A stretch of DNA of 64,000 nucleotides from positions 768,001-832,000 of the forward strand of contig CBDEUK010000002.1 of assembly GCA_965243205.1 (NCBI GenBank). Direction: 5' to 3'. The position numbers and the translations under genes are program-made. Of the stretch, positions 20,317 to 31,700 are shown in pieces; the first letter of the stretch is position 1; every line of letters begins with the position of its first letter. The DNA is from Gammaproteobacteria bacterium (GTDB lineage Bacteria > Pseudomonadota > Gammaproteobacteria > Eutrophobiales > Eutrophobiaceae). The notes under the pieces were generated by a model, which did no database searches, was not told the DNA's origin, and worked only from the letters and a program-made list of their open reading frames with translations.

Positions 20317-22193
20317 AATATTTCCTCAGGATATACGTAGGCTGCTTCACGTACTTTTTTAAACCATCTCCAAGCTAAAAATAAAATAAGATATACAACA
20401 TTACCTATTGCAACAGGGATAACTATTTGCATCATGTTAGGAGACGCTGACTCTTCAACAATAACTTCTTGTTGTATAGGAGCTTCAGTTTCAGCCATTT
20501 CTATGAACTCACCTAATTTTATTTCAGGATGATTAATAACAACTTCTCTACCAGAAGGACTTATTGTTTTTAAACGAAGGTTAACAATACTTTGTCCAGC
20601 TTGATCGGGGGTATATTGGAATAACCAACCGCTTTCTATGTCTATTAGATCGATTGTTTGCTGTATATTTTTTTGATTAGTTATTTCAACTGTAAGGTTA
20701 GATTGTTCCAAATAAATTAATTCTGGAATTATCTTGATTAGAAATTCCCATGTAGGAAATATTTCTTCTTGGTTTTCAGTTTCATTCTCTTTTACAGAGC
20801 CTGATATAGCTGAAAGCATTTTTTTTGCGTCTTTTTTAGCTCCTTTTTCCTCTACAATTTCTTGCCATGAAACCTCGATAGGCGAAGCATGCGCAGTTAT
20901 AGGAAAACGTTTTTCACGGATAAAAGTTTCGCTTTCTATTTTTAGAACTAATTCTTGTTCACCAACTTGCCATTCAGTTCCATGTTGATAGGTAATCAAA
21001 CCTTCAGCGCTTGGTGAATCTAAAGGTTTAATATGTTGTTCGCCTGAAGCATATGTTGTTACCAGATTACTTTTAATTAATTTTAGAAAATCAGATCGTG
21101 TAATTTTTTCTCCTTTTTCCTCCATCCATACTTCTAATGAAGCCTCTTCACCATTTAACACCACACTTGGCAAATCAGATGTTTGTAATTTTAAATCCGT
21201 TACAATCATCGCACGGTTATCTGGATCTTCATCTGCAATTAATTGCCAAACACCCGCTTCAGGTTGTTTGATTGAAATTAAGTCATAACCTGTATCATTT
21301 TTCCATTTAAGATATTCAAAAGATGATGATTTATCATAAACAACACCTTGCGGTGAGATCAGTTGCGTCGGTTTCGAATCCGATTTACGAAAAACTAATA
21401 AGGTTAATTCTGAAATACTATTATCGACATTAACTTTATTACCTTCTAATGGAACAGTATCTTGAGGTGCAGATTGCTCAAACAAACTCATGAACGTTCT
21501 TTGTAATAAATCTGCATTATCAACTTGTTGATAATGTCCTTCTGTAGCAACAGCCAATTCTTTTAATAAACGATGATCTGCATTTTTAGATAAAGCAATA
21601 GTATGCACATTAACTTTCTGTTCTTGTAAAGAAGTAATGACACTATCTAGTATACGATCCCGTGATGCCATACTAACTAATGAGTTTTTATCTATATCAA
21701 CAATACCATCCGTTAAAAGAATAATAGAACGTTGACGATTGGTATCTTGAGTCCACTTCGTTTCTGCTGAAACTAATGCAGATTCAATATTGGTATAAAG
21801 ATCTCGTGATTGGTATCGATTACTATGCTGCTCAGCCATACGTTTCCATTCTTCAGAAACAGAATCAAACGGTACTAACTCTCGCACTGAAGTGCCAAAT
21901 AAATAAATACCAACCTTAGCATTTTCAGGAGCCATTCCTGATAACAGTCTGATGGCAGGTGAGCGCATATTAAGAGGATCGTTTTGTTTCATACTGCCCG
22001 AAACATCAACAAAAACTATAACTTCTGAATTAATCTTATCTTTAGGCTTGTCTGCTTTGGAGTTATTACTTTCAACTGGTAAACCCAATAAATCGTTGCC
22101 AATACCCATCATCTCTGGCTGCGCATGAGCACCCAAAGTGAATATCGCAAAGATAATCATTGCAACTAATTGATGTAATGAAAATTTATTCAT
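20313..22193 (-). CDS. Secreted/membrane-anchored vWA-domain protein (TIGR03503-like)
   Basis: MIDAS motif DVSGSM...T...LLTDG, signal peptide, C-terminal TM helix. Confidence 0.82.
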   Translation of the reverse strand: MNKFSLHQLVAMIIFAIFTLGAHAQPEMMGIGNDLLGLPVESNNSKADKPKDKINSEVIVFVDVSGSMKQNDPLNMRSPAIRLLSGMAPENAKVGIYLFGTSVRELVPFDSVSEEWKRMAEQHSNRYQSRDLYTNIESALVSAETKWTQDTNRQRSIILLTDGIVDIDKNSLVSMASRDRILDSVITSLQEQKVNVHTIALSKNADHRLLKELAVATEGHYQQVDNADLLQRTFMSLFEQSAPQDTVPLEGNKVNVDNSISELTLLVFRKSDSKPTQLISPQGVVYDKSSSFEYLKWKNDTGYDLISIKQPEAGVWQLIADEDPDNRAMIVTDLKLQTSDLPSVVLNGEEASLEVWMEEKGEKITRSDFLKLIKSNLVTTYASGEQHIKPLDSPSAEGLITYQHGTEWQVGEQELVLKIESETFIREKRFPITAHASPIEVSWQEIVEEKGAKKDAKKMLSAISGSVKENETENQEEIFPTWEFLIKIIPELIYLEQSNLTVEITNQKNIQQTIDLIDIESGWLFQYTPDQAGQSIVNLRLKTISPSGREVVINHPEIKLGEFIEMAETEAPIQQEVIVEESASPNMMQIVIPVAIGNVVYLILFLAWRWFKKVREAAYVYPEEIL

Positions 22194-22200
22194 TTAATAG

Positions 22201-22227
22201 TTATCGTAATTTATATGAATAACTTAA
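22201..22227 (-). promoter_or_regulatory. Candidate sigma28 promoter of the vWA operon
   Basis: Minus strand TTAAGTTA-N11-TACGATAA, 7 nt from the ATG. Confidence 0.4.
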
Positions 22228-22405
22228 ATAATTTAGCTTGTGAGGAGCTTTGATAAATAGAAATGGATTTCTAAAAAATGCCGAATATGATGCGATTAAT
22301 ATTAAGTAAATATGGAGTTCTAGCTAATTTAACAAATAATTATTCTTAGCTAACACAACTTATTGATATTAAAAAATAAATTCTATTTTTTTAGATTCTG
22401 AATAC

Positions 22406-23500
22406 TTACTTGAACAGTTTATTTTTGATGTTTCGTAATATGGGTGTGAAACGGTACTTAAGCAAATGAAATAAGTTTGGCTTAAATCCGTTACGAAATA
22501 CCTCGATATCAACATGATTTGCTCGAAGATCAGTCCAATATTTTAGGTATTCGTATTCATCCGCACAGGTAAAATATTCACTTATTGAATCGTCAGCAAA
22601 ACAATCTTCGAGCACTTTGTATAATAAAACAGTTCCTGGATTATGCTCCTTATATCGGTCGTCATAATCTGCGCGAAGTGGGTATACAACACCTTTCTCA
22701 ATTAAATGGAATTCAAAACTGATGGGAATACCTTGATATCGCATAAACCAAAGAACCACTTGTCCTTCTGGTCCATACACATCTGTTAAGCGAAAGATAA
22801 AATCTTTACCCCCAGGGAAAGATGATAAGTCCGTATTATTTTTTCTTTTCCAACTGTTTGAAGATACCGTACACATCTCATCCATGAAGTTATTATTACT
22901 CGATGTAAGAGTATGTTTCTCTATAGAGTATTCATCAGATTTTTTGAAACGATTATATTTTCGATTAATGCTTTTGCGATATTTTTTAGGGCGTGATTTA
23001 AAATAATCATCCCACTCACCAGTAGTTGGGATGACTGGCGTTATTAAATTTTCATCCATTCCAAATGAATGATTACTGTCTTGTGTAGCGATAGTATAAA
23101 AATGATTCTCATTAGGTATTTTACTAAAGCAACTAAGATCCGTAGTGATTGAGTCCATCATCAAATTATAAATATCTTTGCGTTTATTCTCAGTGAGCTC
23201 AGGTATAAACAGAACATCTATGAAGGGTGCATACCCATTTTCAATTAAACAAGTAGTCTTGAATGACACCCCACAGCAATTACGTTTAGTAATCATCAAT
23301 GGCGCAATAGCTAGGAGTTTTTCCTGCTCTCTAATACAGATTATATGTAGAGATTCGTCAACTGAGAAAATAGGCCACCAAACACTGAGCCATTTGTGGG
23401 TAAGAGGTAATGTTCTATTACCTAATTGATCGGTCAGTTCATTCCACTCATCTTCAAGTGTCAAGAACTCTTCAAACGTCTGAATAATTATTATGTCCAT
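22406..23500 (-). CDS. GNAT-family acetyltransferase, CelD/BcsL-like
   Basis: L..EWNEL, W...W, LLAIAPL, WDDYF, YD..Y...NPGTVL and EYLKYWT pattern. Confidence 0.78.
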   Translation of the reverse strand: MDIIIIQTFEEFLTLEDEWNELTDQLGNRTLPLTHKWLSVWWPIFSVDESLHIICIREQEKLLAIAPLMITKRNCCGVSFKTTCLIENGYAPFIDVLFIPELTENKRKDIYNLMMDSITTDLSCFSKIPNENHFYTIATQDSNHSFGMDENLITPVIPTTGEWDDYFKSRPKKYRKSINRKYNRFKKSDEYSIEKHTLTSSNNNFMDEMCTVSSNSWKRKNNTDLSSFPGGKDFIFRLTDVYGPEGQVVLWFMRYQGIPISFEFHLIEKGVVYPLRADYDDRYKEHNPGTVLLYKVLEDCFADDSISEYFTCADEYEYLKYWTDLRANHVDIEVFRNGFKPNLFHLLKYRFTPILRNIKNKLFK

Positions 23501-23656
23501 ACTAAATTGTTTCTTGTTAGTCAGGCGAAAGACATCACTTTATTTAATAGACTAACATCAGATACAGAAACTGGCAATCCTTCACAATAACTTATTTAAT
23601 AATAACGCTGTTTGAAGATTATGCTAGCTTAACGTAATTGGAGTTTAGTAAAAACT

Positions 23657-25000
23657 TTATAATTCTTTTATAAAAACCTTTGAATTTCTAGAATAATTAT
23701 AAAACTCTTGTTTTTCGATAGGTAATGATTCAAAACTTGATTCTTGAAAACCTTTCTCAATAAACCAATGTTCAGTTTGAGTTGTCAGTAAAAATAGTTG
23801 TTTGATGCCCTGCTCTTTTGCTTCGTCTTCGATTTGTTTAAGTAAAGAAGCGCCTTTTTGTTGCTGTTGATATTCAGGGTGAACAACTAAACACGCAAGT
23901 TCTGCAATATCATTAGCAAAACTATGTAAAGCAGTACAAGCAATCACTGCTCCATCACGAACCATTACAGTATAATCATTAATCTCTAATTCAAGATGTT
24001 CTTGTGAACGTTTAATTAACACACCATCATCTTGTAATGGATTGATTAACTCCAATATGCCAGGAATATCTTCTGAAGTTGCTTTACGAATTTCATCAAA
24101 CGGTGTTTGGCTAATTAAAGTACCAATACCATCTCGCGTAAATAATTCTTGTAACAAACTACCATCATTATTTTGATCAATTAAATGCACACGTTCAACA
24201 TTATGCTTACACGCTAAGATCGCATGTTCCAACTCTGCATATGGCGATTGATCTCTTTCACCTGAAGCAATCAAAATCTTTTCAGCTTGTGTTTGTGTTA
24301 ATTGCCTTAATAACTCGCCATCTTTATTTTGAATACCTTGATACGGAAAAATGAAACATAATTTTTGTGCCTTAAGTTCAATCGCTATTTGACTCGCAAT
24401 TTCTAGAGCACTGATATCAAATAACTCACCGGTAATTGAATAACCAACAGGTGGGATAATAACAATATCACCTTGATTGAATTGATTGGTAATTGCATCC
24501 ACATCAACGTTTCTAACATGGCCTGTGTAAAGTAAATCAGTACCTTCGATCACACCTGCTGGTTTAGCCGTTACATAATTTCCTGTAGAAGCTTGAATAC
24601 GTGCGCCTTCCATTGGTGAGTTAGGTAACTTCATGGAAAGTTTGGACATCAATTTTATTTGCAATGAACCAACGGCTTCTTGAATAAATTGTAAGGATTC
24701 AAAGTCAGTGACTCTTAAACCTTGAACGTAGTGTGATTCAATATTCTGTTCGGAGAGTTTCTTCTCAATTTGCGGTCGTGCGCCAAAGGTCAGAACCAAT
24801 TTAATGCCTAAACTGTTTAACAAGGCAATATCATGAATGGTCGAATCCAATTGTTCCGACTGCATAAGTTCACCTGAGAGATGGATCACCATCACACTGC
24901 CACGATGACTGTGAATATAAGGCGCAACACTGCGAAACCAAGTTACAAACTGTTCTTGGTCTAAAATACTATTTTGTGTTGTGTCAGTTTTATTCAACAT
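23657..25000 (-). CDS. argA: Amino-acid N-acetyltransferase (N-acetylglutamate synthase)
   Basis: WFRSVAPYI, GARPQI, ELFTRDGIGT, AELACL and YNYSRNSK motifs. Confidence 0.95.
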   Translation of the reverse strand: MLNKTDTTQNSILDQEQFVTWFRSVAPYIHSHRGSVMVIHLSGELMQSEQLDSTIHDIALLNSLGIKLVLTFGARPQIEKKLSEQNIESHYVQGLRVTDFESLQFIQEAVGSLQIKLMSKLSMKLPNSPMEGARIQASTGNYVTAKPAGVIEGTDLLYTGHVRNVDVDAITNQFNQGDIVIIPPVGYSITGELFDISALEIASQIAIELKAQKLCFIFPYQGIQNKDGELLRQLTQTQAEKILIASGERDQSPYAELEHAILACKHNVERVHLIDQNNDGSLLQELFTRDGIGTLISQTPFDEIRKATSEDIPGILELINPLQDDGVLIKRSQEHLELEINDYTVMVRDGAVIACTALHSFANDIAELACLVVHPEYQQQQKGASLLKQIEDEAKEQGIKQLFLLTTQTEHWFIEKGFQESSFESLPIEKQEFYNYSRNSKVFIKEL

Positions 25001-25006
25001 TAATTT

Positions 25007-26158
25007 TTACTCAATACATAAACGATGAATCAATTTATGAATGATTTCTGTCATCGGTTGTAATCGTTCGATGGGCACAAACTCATTGGCCTGATGTGCC
25101 ACATCAATATCGCCGGGGCCCATTATAATCGTTTCCATGCCCATTGCATTCAAATAAGGCCCTTCCGTTGCAAAAGCCACACTACTGGCTGAATTATCTG
25201 AAAGTTCTTCCGCCAGTTTTACTATTCTTGCATTATCTTCCGTATGCATCGCTGGCAGACCATCAAACAAATCTGCAAATTCAATTTTCAAACCCAAACC
25301 AGCAATCGCATTGCTTGCAGCTTTTCTAATTAACTGACGAGTCTCTGCTATTTCCATACCAGGCATTAAACGCACATCCAAACTTAACTCGCATTCAGCA
25401 CAGATACGGTTCGGATTATCCCCACCATGCAAACTACCTAAGTTCATCGTTGGGTAAGGCACAGCAAAACCAGGATTATGATACTGTTCTTGCAACTGAG
25501 TTCTTAAAGCCATTAATGCCGACATGACTTTATTCATACCTTCCAACGCATTATTGCCTAATTTTGGATTACTTGAATGCCCTGCTTTACCAATCAATTT
25601 GATGCCTTCCATCATCACACCTTTATGTGAATTGATCGGTTTTAATCCAGTCGGCTCACCGATTAATGCATGACGCCCAAGTTGTTTACCTGAATTCGCT
25701 AACGCCATTGCCCCTGACATGGTACTTTCTTCATCCGCTGTGCCTAAAAATATAATTGGTCTTTTTAGCTGCTTTTGATCAATTTGCGAGAGTACATCCA
25801 TCACCAATGGAAAAAAGATTTTCATATCAGTTGAACCCAGTCCAAATAACTTGCCATCTTTTTCCGTAAGCTTAAACGGATCTTGCTGCCACCGTTCTGC
25901 ATTAAAAGGCACAGTATCCGTATGACCAGAAAGTACTAAGCCACCCTCGCCTTGGCCAAAACATGCAATGACATTACTTTTATCTGGCTTACCATCAATC
26001 GGCATCTCTTCTACTTCTCCGCCTAAATCTTCTAACCAACCCGCTAAGAGGCTAGTCACACCCTGATTACTTTGATCAAATGCAGGGTCGACACTGCTCA
26101 CTGACGGCGTAGCAATCAATTGTCGAAAAGACTCCATCATTCCTGGATATTTCTGCAT
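25007..26158 (-). CDS. argE: Acetylornithine deacetylase
   Basis: LSGHTDTVP, GGDNPNRIC, TEGPY and GPGDIDVAHQ motifs; adjacent to argA. Confidence 0.94.
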   Translation of the reverse strand: MQKYPGMMESFRQLIATPSVSSVDPAFDQSNQGVTSLLAGWLEDLGGEVEEMPIDGKPDKSNVIACFGQGEGGLVLSGHTDTVPFNAERWQQDPFKLTEKDGKLFGLGSTDMKIFFPLVMDVLSQIDQKQLKRPIIFLGTADEESTMSGAMALANSGKQLGRHALIGEPTGLKPINSHKGVMMEGIKLIGKAGHSSNPKLGNNALEGMNKVMSALMALRTQLQEQYHNPGFAVPYPTMNLGSLHGGDNPNRICAECELSLDVRLMPGMEIAETRQLIRKAASNAIAGLGLKIEFADLFDGLPAMHTEDNARIVKLAEELSDNSASSVAFATEGPYLNAMGMETIIMGPGDIDVAHQANEFVPIERLQPMTEIIHKLIHRLCIE

Positions 26159-26258
26159 TTTTTATATGCCTATTTTGTAAAAGTTAGACTGAAAATTGTC
26201 ATTGACTGGTGTATTCTAACGCACCTTTATGGTTGCACTAAAATAAGAACTTATCGCT

Positions 26259-27938
26259 ATGACAGAAAAACTCAATAAATATTCATCTCGCATCACACAA
26301 CAGAAATCACAAGGTGCTTCACAAGCCATGCTATACGGTACTGGCATGACCGAAGCCGACATGGATAAAGCGCAAATCGGTATTTCCAGTGTTTGGTACG
26401 ATGGTAACACTTGTAACATGCATTTGAATGACTTGGCTGCCAAGGTCAAAGAAGGAGTAGCCGCTGCGGGCTTAGTGCCTATGCGCTTCAATACCATTGG
26501 AGTCAGTGATGGCATTTCCAATGGTACAGATGGTATGAGTTTTTCTTTGCAATCACGTGACATCATTGCTGATTCAATCGAAACCGTGATGTCAGCACAA
26601 TGGTATGACGGCAACATTTCCATTCCCGGTTGTGATAAAAACATGCCTGGCTGCATTATGGCGATGGGTCGTTTAAACCGACCTTCATTAATGATCTATG
26701 GTGGCACCATCAAACCTGGCCATCGTAACGAACAAAAGCTCGATATCATTTCAGCGTTCCAAGCCTATGGTGAATACATTGCCGATACTATTTCTGATGA
26801 TGAACGTTTAGATATCGTTAAAAAATCTTGCCCAGGCCCTGGTGCCTGTGGCGGTATGTACACTGCAAACACAATGGCATCTGCTATCGAAGCAATGGGT
26901 ATGTCATTGCCTTATTCTTCTTCTACGCCTGCGGTTGATCCAGGCAAGATAGATGAATGCATACATGCTGGCGCAGCGATGAAAAACTTATTAGAAAACG
27001 ATATCAAACCACGCGACATCATGACACGTGAGGCGTTTGAAAATGCAATGGTACTGATCACGATCTTAGGCGGTTCAACCAATGCAGTTTTACATTTAAT
27101 TGCAATGGCACGTGCAGTGGATGTGGAACTCACCATTGATGACTTCCAAACTGTTTCCGATAAAACACCATTCATTGCCGACTTAAAACCAAGTGGTAAA
27201 TATGTGATGGAAGATTTGCATAACGTCGGTGGTATTCCAGCCGTTATGAAATATCTTTTAGAGAATGGTTTGATTCATGGTGATTGCTTAACCGTGACAG
27301 GTAAAACCATTGCCGAAAACCTAAACGATGTACGAGATTTAAGCTATGGCCAAGAAATTATTCAACCGTTGAATAAACCGATTAAAGATTCAGGACATAT
27401 CAGAATTTTAAAAGGAAACTTTGCACCTGAAGGTTCTGTTGCCAAGATTACTGGTAAAGAAGGTTTAAACTTCCGCGGCCCTGCGAATGTTTTCGATTCT
27501 GAAGAAGACATGCTGGCTGCATTAGAACAGAATAAAATTAGCAAAGGTGAAGTCATTATCATTCGTTACGAAGGTCCTAAAGGTGGTCCAGGTATGCCTG
27601 AGATGTTAACGCCGACTTCTGCGGTTATAGGTGCAGGTTTAGGTAAAGATGTTGCAATGATAACGGATGGTCGTTTCTCAGGTGGCTCACATGGTTTTAT
27701 CATTGGTCACGTCACACCTGAAGCTCAAGAAGGTGGACCAATTGCTTTGGTAAAAGACGGTGACATCATTAATATCGATGCGAATAAAAATAGTATTGAT
27801 GTTGAAATCTCAGATGAAGAATTAGCACAACGTAAAGCTGAGTGGACAATGCCTGCTTACAAAGCCACACGCGGAACGTTGCATCGTTATATCAAAACAG
27901 TAAAGAATGCTTCGGAAGGTTGTGTGACTGACGAATAA
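26259..27938 (+). CDS. ilvD: Dihydroxy-acid dehydratase
   Basis: [32 protein letters not shown] and TDGRFSG motifs. Confidence 0.96.
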   Translation: MTEKLNKYSSRITQQKSQGASQAMLYGTGMTEADMDKAQIGISSVWYDGNTCNMHLNDLAAKVKEGVAAAGLVPMRFNTIGVSDGISNGTDGMSFSLQSRDIIADSIETVMSAQWYDGNISIPGCDKNMPGCIMAMGRLNRPSLMIYGGTIKPGHRNEQKLDIISAFQAYGEYIADTISDDERLDIVKKSCPGPGACGGMYTANTMASAIEAMGMSLPYSSSTPAVDPGKIDECIHAGAAMKNLLENDIKPRDIMTREAFENAMVLITILGGSTNAVLHLIAMARAVDVELTIDDFQTVSDKTPFIADLKPSGKYVMEDLHNVGGIPAVMKYLLENGLIHGDCLTVTGKTIAENLNDVRDLSYGQEIIQPLNKPIKDSGHIRILKGNFAPEGSVAKITGKEGLNFRGPANVFDSEEDMLAALEQNKISKGEVIIIRYEGPKGGPGMPEMLTPTSAVIGAGLGKDVAMITDGRFSGGSHGFIIGHVTPEAQEGGPIALVKDGDIINIDANKNSIDVEISDEELAQRKAEWTMPAYKATRGTLHRYIKTVKNASEGCVTDE

Positions 27939-27966
27939 TTTTATTAATTTATATAAAGGAAATTAT

Positions 27967-28572
27967 ATGAAACATTTAATATCGGTTTTGTTTTTGAGTT
28001 TACTATGCTCGATCAGTTTTGCGAATGAAAACTATATTCTTGAAATTGATGGTAAGACTTTTGATATTGGTATCGACAAAGTAAAAACGATAAATATCAA
28101 TGGAGATGAACACTCTGTAAAACTGATGCAAAAAGCATTTATAGAATACAGCAGTGGTTTATTTAGCTTTACACATGATAAAGACTATCAACCAAACAAA
28201 ACTGATTTAGGCCAAGGTATCTACCAATCCGCTATGATGTCGGCACTTGGAACGGTCATCATTGTACAAGAATATACAAACATAAATCCTTCGACACTCA
28301 TAGACTTAATGTTACAAGAAGTGACTCGAGAAGAAGTTCAAATAGGCTATACATATAAAGAAGAACCAATCTCTCAAACAATCGATGGCAAAACTTTAAA
28401 CGGTAAACTAGCCATCACATCATCGAAAAATGAAGAATGGAAACGCGCAGTCTATGCTCATGGCAAAGACCAAGAAGGTATATTAATCATGACGATGATT
28501 GAAAAAGAAAATTACAATACTGAAACAAAAATCATTGATGAGTTTTGGAAGAACTTCCAAATTAAATTTTGA
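27967..28572 (+). CDS. Hypothetical exported protein
   Basis: Signal peptide ending SFA, AAGGA RBS, no recognised motif. Confidence 0.7.
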   Translation: MKHLISVLFLSLLCSISFANENYILEIDGKTFDIGIDKVKTININGDEHSVKLMQKAFIEYSSGLFSFTHDKDYQPNKTDLGQGIYQSAMMSALGTVIIVQEYTNINPSTLIDLMLQEVTREEVQIGYTYKEEPISQTIDGKTLNGKLAITSSKNEEWKRAVYAHGKDQEGILIMTMIEKENYNTETKIIDEFWKNFQIKF

Positions 28573-28678
28573 CTACGCAACACTTAACTCTATAAATCTT
28601 TCTAAAAAGATATGTCAGTATAATTTACTACTAATTAGTAAATTGCTCAAATTTAAAACACTCTGACACATTTGTATT

Positions 28679-28711
28679 AAAAAAATGCCGACCAATTATT
28701 TGGTCGGCATT
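28679..28711 (-). terminator. Rho-independent terminator of the T1SS/RTX operon
   Basis: AATGCCGACCAA-TTAT-TTGGTCGGCATT with an A-run on the plus strand. Confidence 0.82.
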
Positions 28712-28740
28712 CATTAGATAGTAACTAAATTAATATTAGT

Positions 28741-31700
28741 TTATTGCCAAGCAGCTGCAATAGCCGTATTAAGTTCATTTTGTTGTTGAACAGTTAATCC
28801 ATCAATCGATGCTGGCTCCGTTGTACTAATTGATGCCATAACAGAAACTAATTGATCTAATTGATTTAGTAACAATGTTTTACCATCTGATAGTTCAAAA
28901 GTCTCAACTTGATAGTTTGCATTTAACATCTGGTTACTTACTGTTAACTTATCTTCCGAACCAATCACACTGATCTCGAGGTTGTTTCCAATTTTTCTAA
29001 ACCATAAATCATTTGCTGAAATGCCCGATTGAAATGTAACTTTGTCTTGATTCCCAGCCGCTGCATCATAATCATAAATCGTGTCTTGACCAGAGCCTAA
29101 GCCAAAGTGATAAATATCATCTCCATAGCCTCCGCTCATATAGTCATTGCCAGCACCTCCGTCTAAAATGTCATTACCATTGTCTCCATACAACGAGTCA
29201 TTTCCATCTTCGCCAAACAAGGTGTCGTTATCATTGCGACCATAAAGATAATCATTACCATCGCCACCACGCAACACATCATTACCATCCTGGCCATACA
29301 CCCAGTCGTTACCACCACCTGCGTTGATAACATCCGATGTCGCATAACCCGTGATCGTTTCACCATTGCTCGTTCCAACCAACAAGGTCTCCTTGATCCA
29401 ATCCAACACCCACGTCGTGCCATCCGCAAAACGAAGTTCTTCAATACTGTAACGCTCATCACCATCATTGAGTAAATAGTTACTCAACGTTAATTTGTCC
29501 GAGGTACCAACCACACTCAAAACTAGATTATTTCCGGTACGACTCAACTGAATATCGGTCGGCGCAATACCAGCCCCAAACTCAACCACATCCAAGTTAC
29601 CAGCCGTTGGGTCATAATCCGATATCGTGTCTTGACCAGAGCCTAAGCCAAAGTGATAAATATCATCTCCATAGCCTCCGCCCATATAATCATTGCCAGC
29701 ACCTCCGTCTAAAATGTCATTACCATTGTCTCCATACAACGAGTCATTTCCATCTTCGCCAAACAAGGTGTCGTTATCATTGCGACCATAAAGATAATCA
29801 TTACCATCGCCACCACGCAACACATCATTACCATCCTGGCCATACACCCAGTCGTTACCACCACCTGCGTTGATAACATCCGATGTCGCATAGCCCGTGA
29901 TCGTTTCACCATTGCTCGTTCCAACCAACAAGGTCTCCTTGATCCAATCCAACACCCACGTCGTGCCATCCGCAAAGCGAAGCTCTTCAATACTGTAACG
30001 CTCATCACCATCATTCAATAAATAGTTACTCAACGTTAATTTGTCCGAGGTACCAACCACACTCAAAACTAGATTATTTCCGGTACGACTCAACTGAATA
30101 TCGGTCGGCGCAATACCAGCCCCAAACTCAACCACATCCAAGTTACCAACCGTTGGGTCATAATCCGATATCGTGTCTTGACCAGAGCCTAAGCCAAAGT
30201 GATAAACATCATCTCCATAGCCTCCGCCCATATAGTCATTGCCAGCTCCTCCGTCTAAAATGTCATTACCATTGTCTCCATACAAAGAGTCATTTCCATC
30301 TTCGCCAAACAAGGTGTCGTTATCATTGCGACCATAAAGATAGTCATTACCATCGCCACCACGCAACACATCATTACCATCCTGGCCATACACCCAGTCG
30401 TTACCACCACCTGCGTTGATAACATCCGATGTCGCATAGCCCGTGATCGTTTCACCATTGCTCGTTCCAACCAACAAGGTCTCCTTGATCCAATCCAATA
30501 CCCACGTCGTGCCATCCGCAAAGCGAAGCTCTTCAATACTGTAACGCTCATCACCATCATTCAATAAATAGTTACTCAACGTTAATTTGTCCGAGGTACC
30601 AACCACACTCAAAACTAGATTATTTCCGGTACGACTCAACTGAATATCGGTCGGCGCAATACCAGCCCCAAACTCAACCACATCCAAGTTACCAGCCGTT
30701 GGGTCATAATCCGATATCGTGTCTTGACCAGAGCCTAGGCCAAAGTGATAAACATCATCTCCATAGCCTCCGCCCATATAGTCATTGCCAGCACCTCCGT
30801 CTAAAATGTCATTACCATTGTCTCCATACAACGAGTCATTTCCATCTTCGCCAAACAAGGTGTCGTTGTCATTGCGACCATAAAGATAGTCATTGCCATC
30901 GCCACCACGCAACACATCATTACCATCCTGGCCATACACCCAGTCGTTACCACCACCTGCGTTGATAACATCATCACCATTTGTACCAGTAAAGGTTTCT
31001 GAAGTGACAGTACCATTAGTATCAGAAGAACTAGAGCCACTGTCGTCATTACTATTTGAACTACCTGCAGCGATCAGAGTATCAATTTCATTACGCCCCC
31101 ATATTTCAGATGGTGTAGATTCAAAATGAAATTCTTCTAGTTGGTATTTTGGGTCAGTTCCATTTGACCAAAAATAATATTCCAAAGTCAGTTGTGTATT
31201 GACATCCAATGTTAAAATTAAATTATATCCAGACTGCTGTGCTGAAATTTCTGAAGGTAAAATATCGCCTTTAAAAATGACTTTATCTAATTTATTAGTA
31301 CCGTTATCGTAAAGGTAAATAGAATCTTTCCCATAGTTACGACCGAAATAATAGATGTCGTTTCCATCACCTCCATATAACCGATCGTTCCCTGCTCCTC
31401 CATCAAGAATATCATTACCATTCTCACCAACGAGGTAATCATTGCCATCATCTCCATTTAACACATCATTACCTTCACCGCCATAGACTGTATCGTTACC
31501 TGAACCAGCATCTAATGTGTCATTGCCATCAAAGCCGTAAACAACATCATCACCAGCACCAGCATTTAAAGTATCATCACTGGCATATCCACCTAACCAA
31601 TCATTTCCATCAGTTGCTGAATTCAATGCAGCATCTAGTAGATAATTAGTATCCCAAATCGTATCAGGTGAAGATTCAAATTGGATTTGGTTTATGTATG

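Noticed and set aside
26216-26656. 146-aa minus-strand ORF
   Set aside because: It is antisense to the highly conserved ilvD. The other short ORFs opposite or inside clpA, aceA, aceE, aceF, dacB, hlyB and argG were dismissed for the same reason.
29077-30972. CRISPR array
   Set aside because: The unit is 546 bp, in frame within a CDS, with no unique spacers and no cas genes.
29163-31129. Repeated Met/Val/Cys-rich and His/Cys-rich small ORFs (MMVMSV..., MGHNPIS...)
   Set aside because: These are alternative-frame and antisense shadows of the Gly/Asp/Asn-rich RTX repeats. They recur only because of the 546-bp duplication and are not metallothioneins or RiPP precursors.
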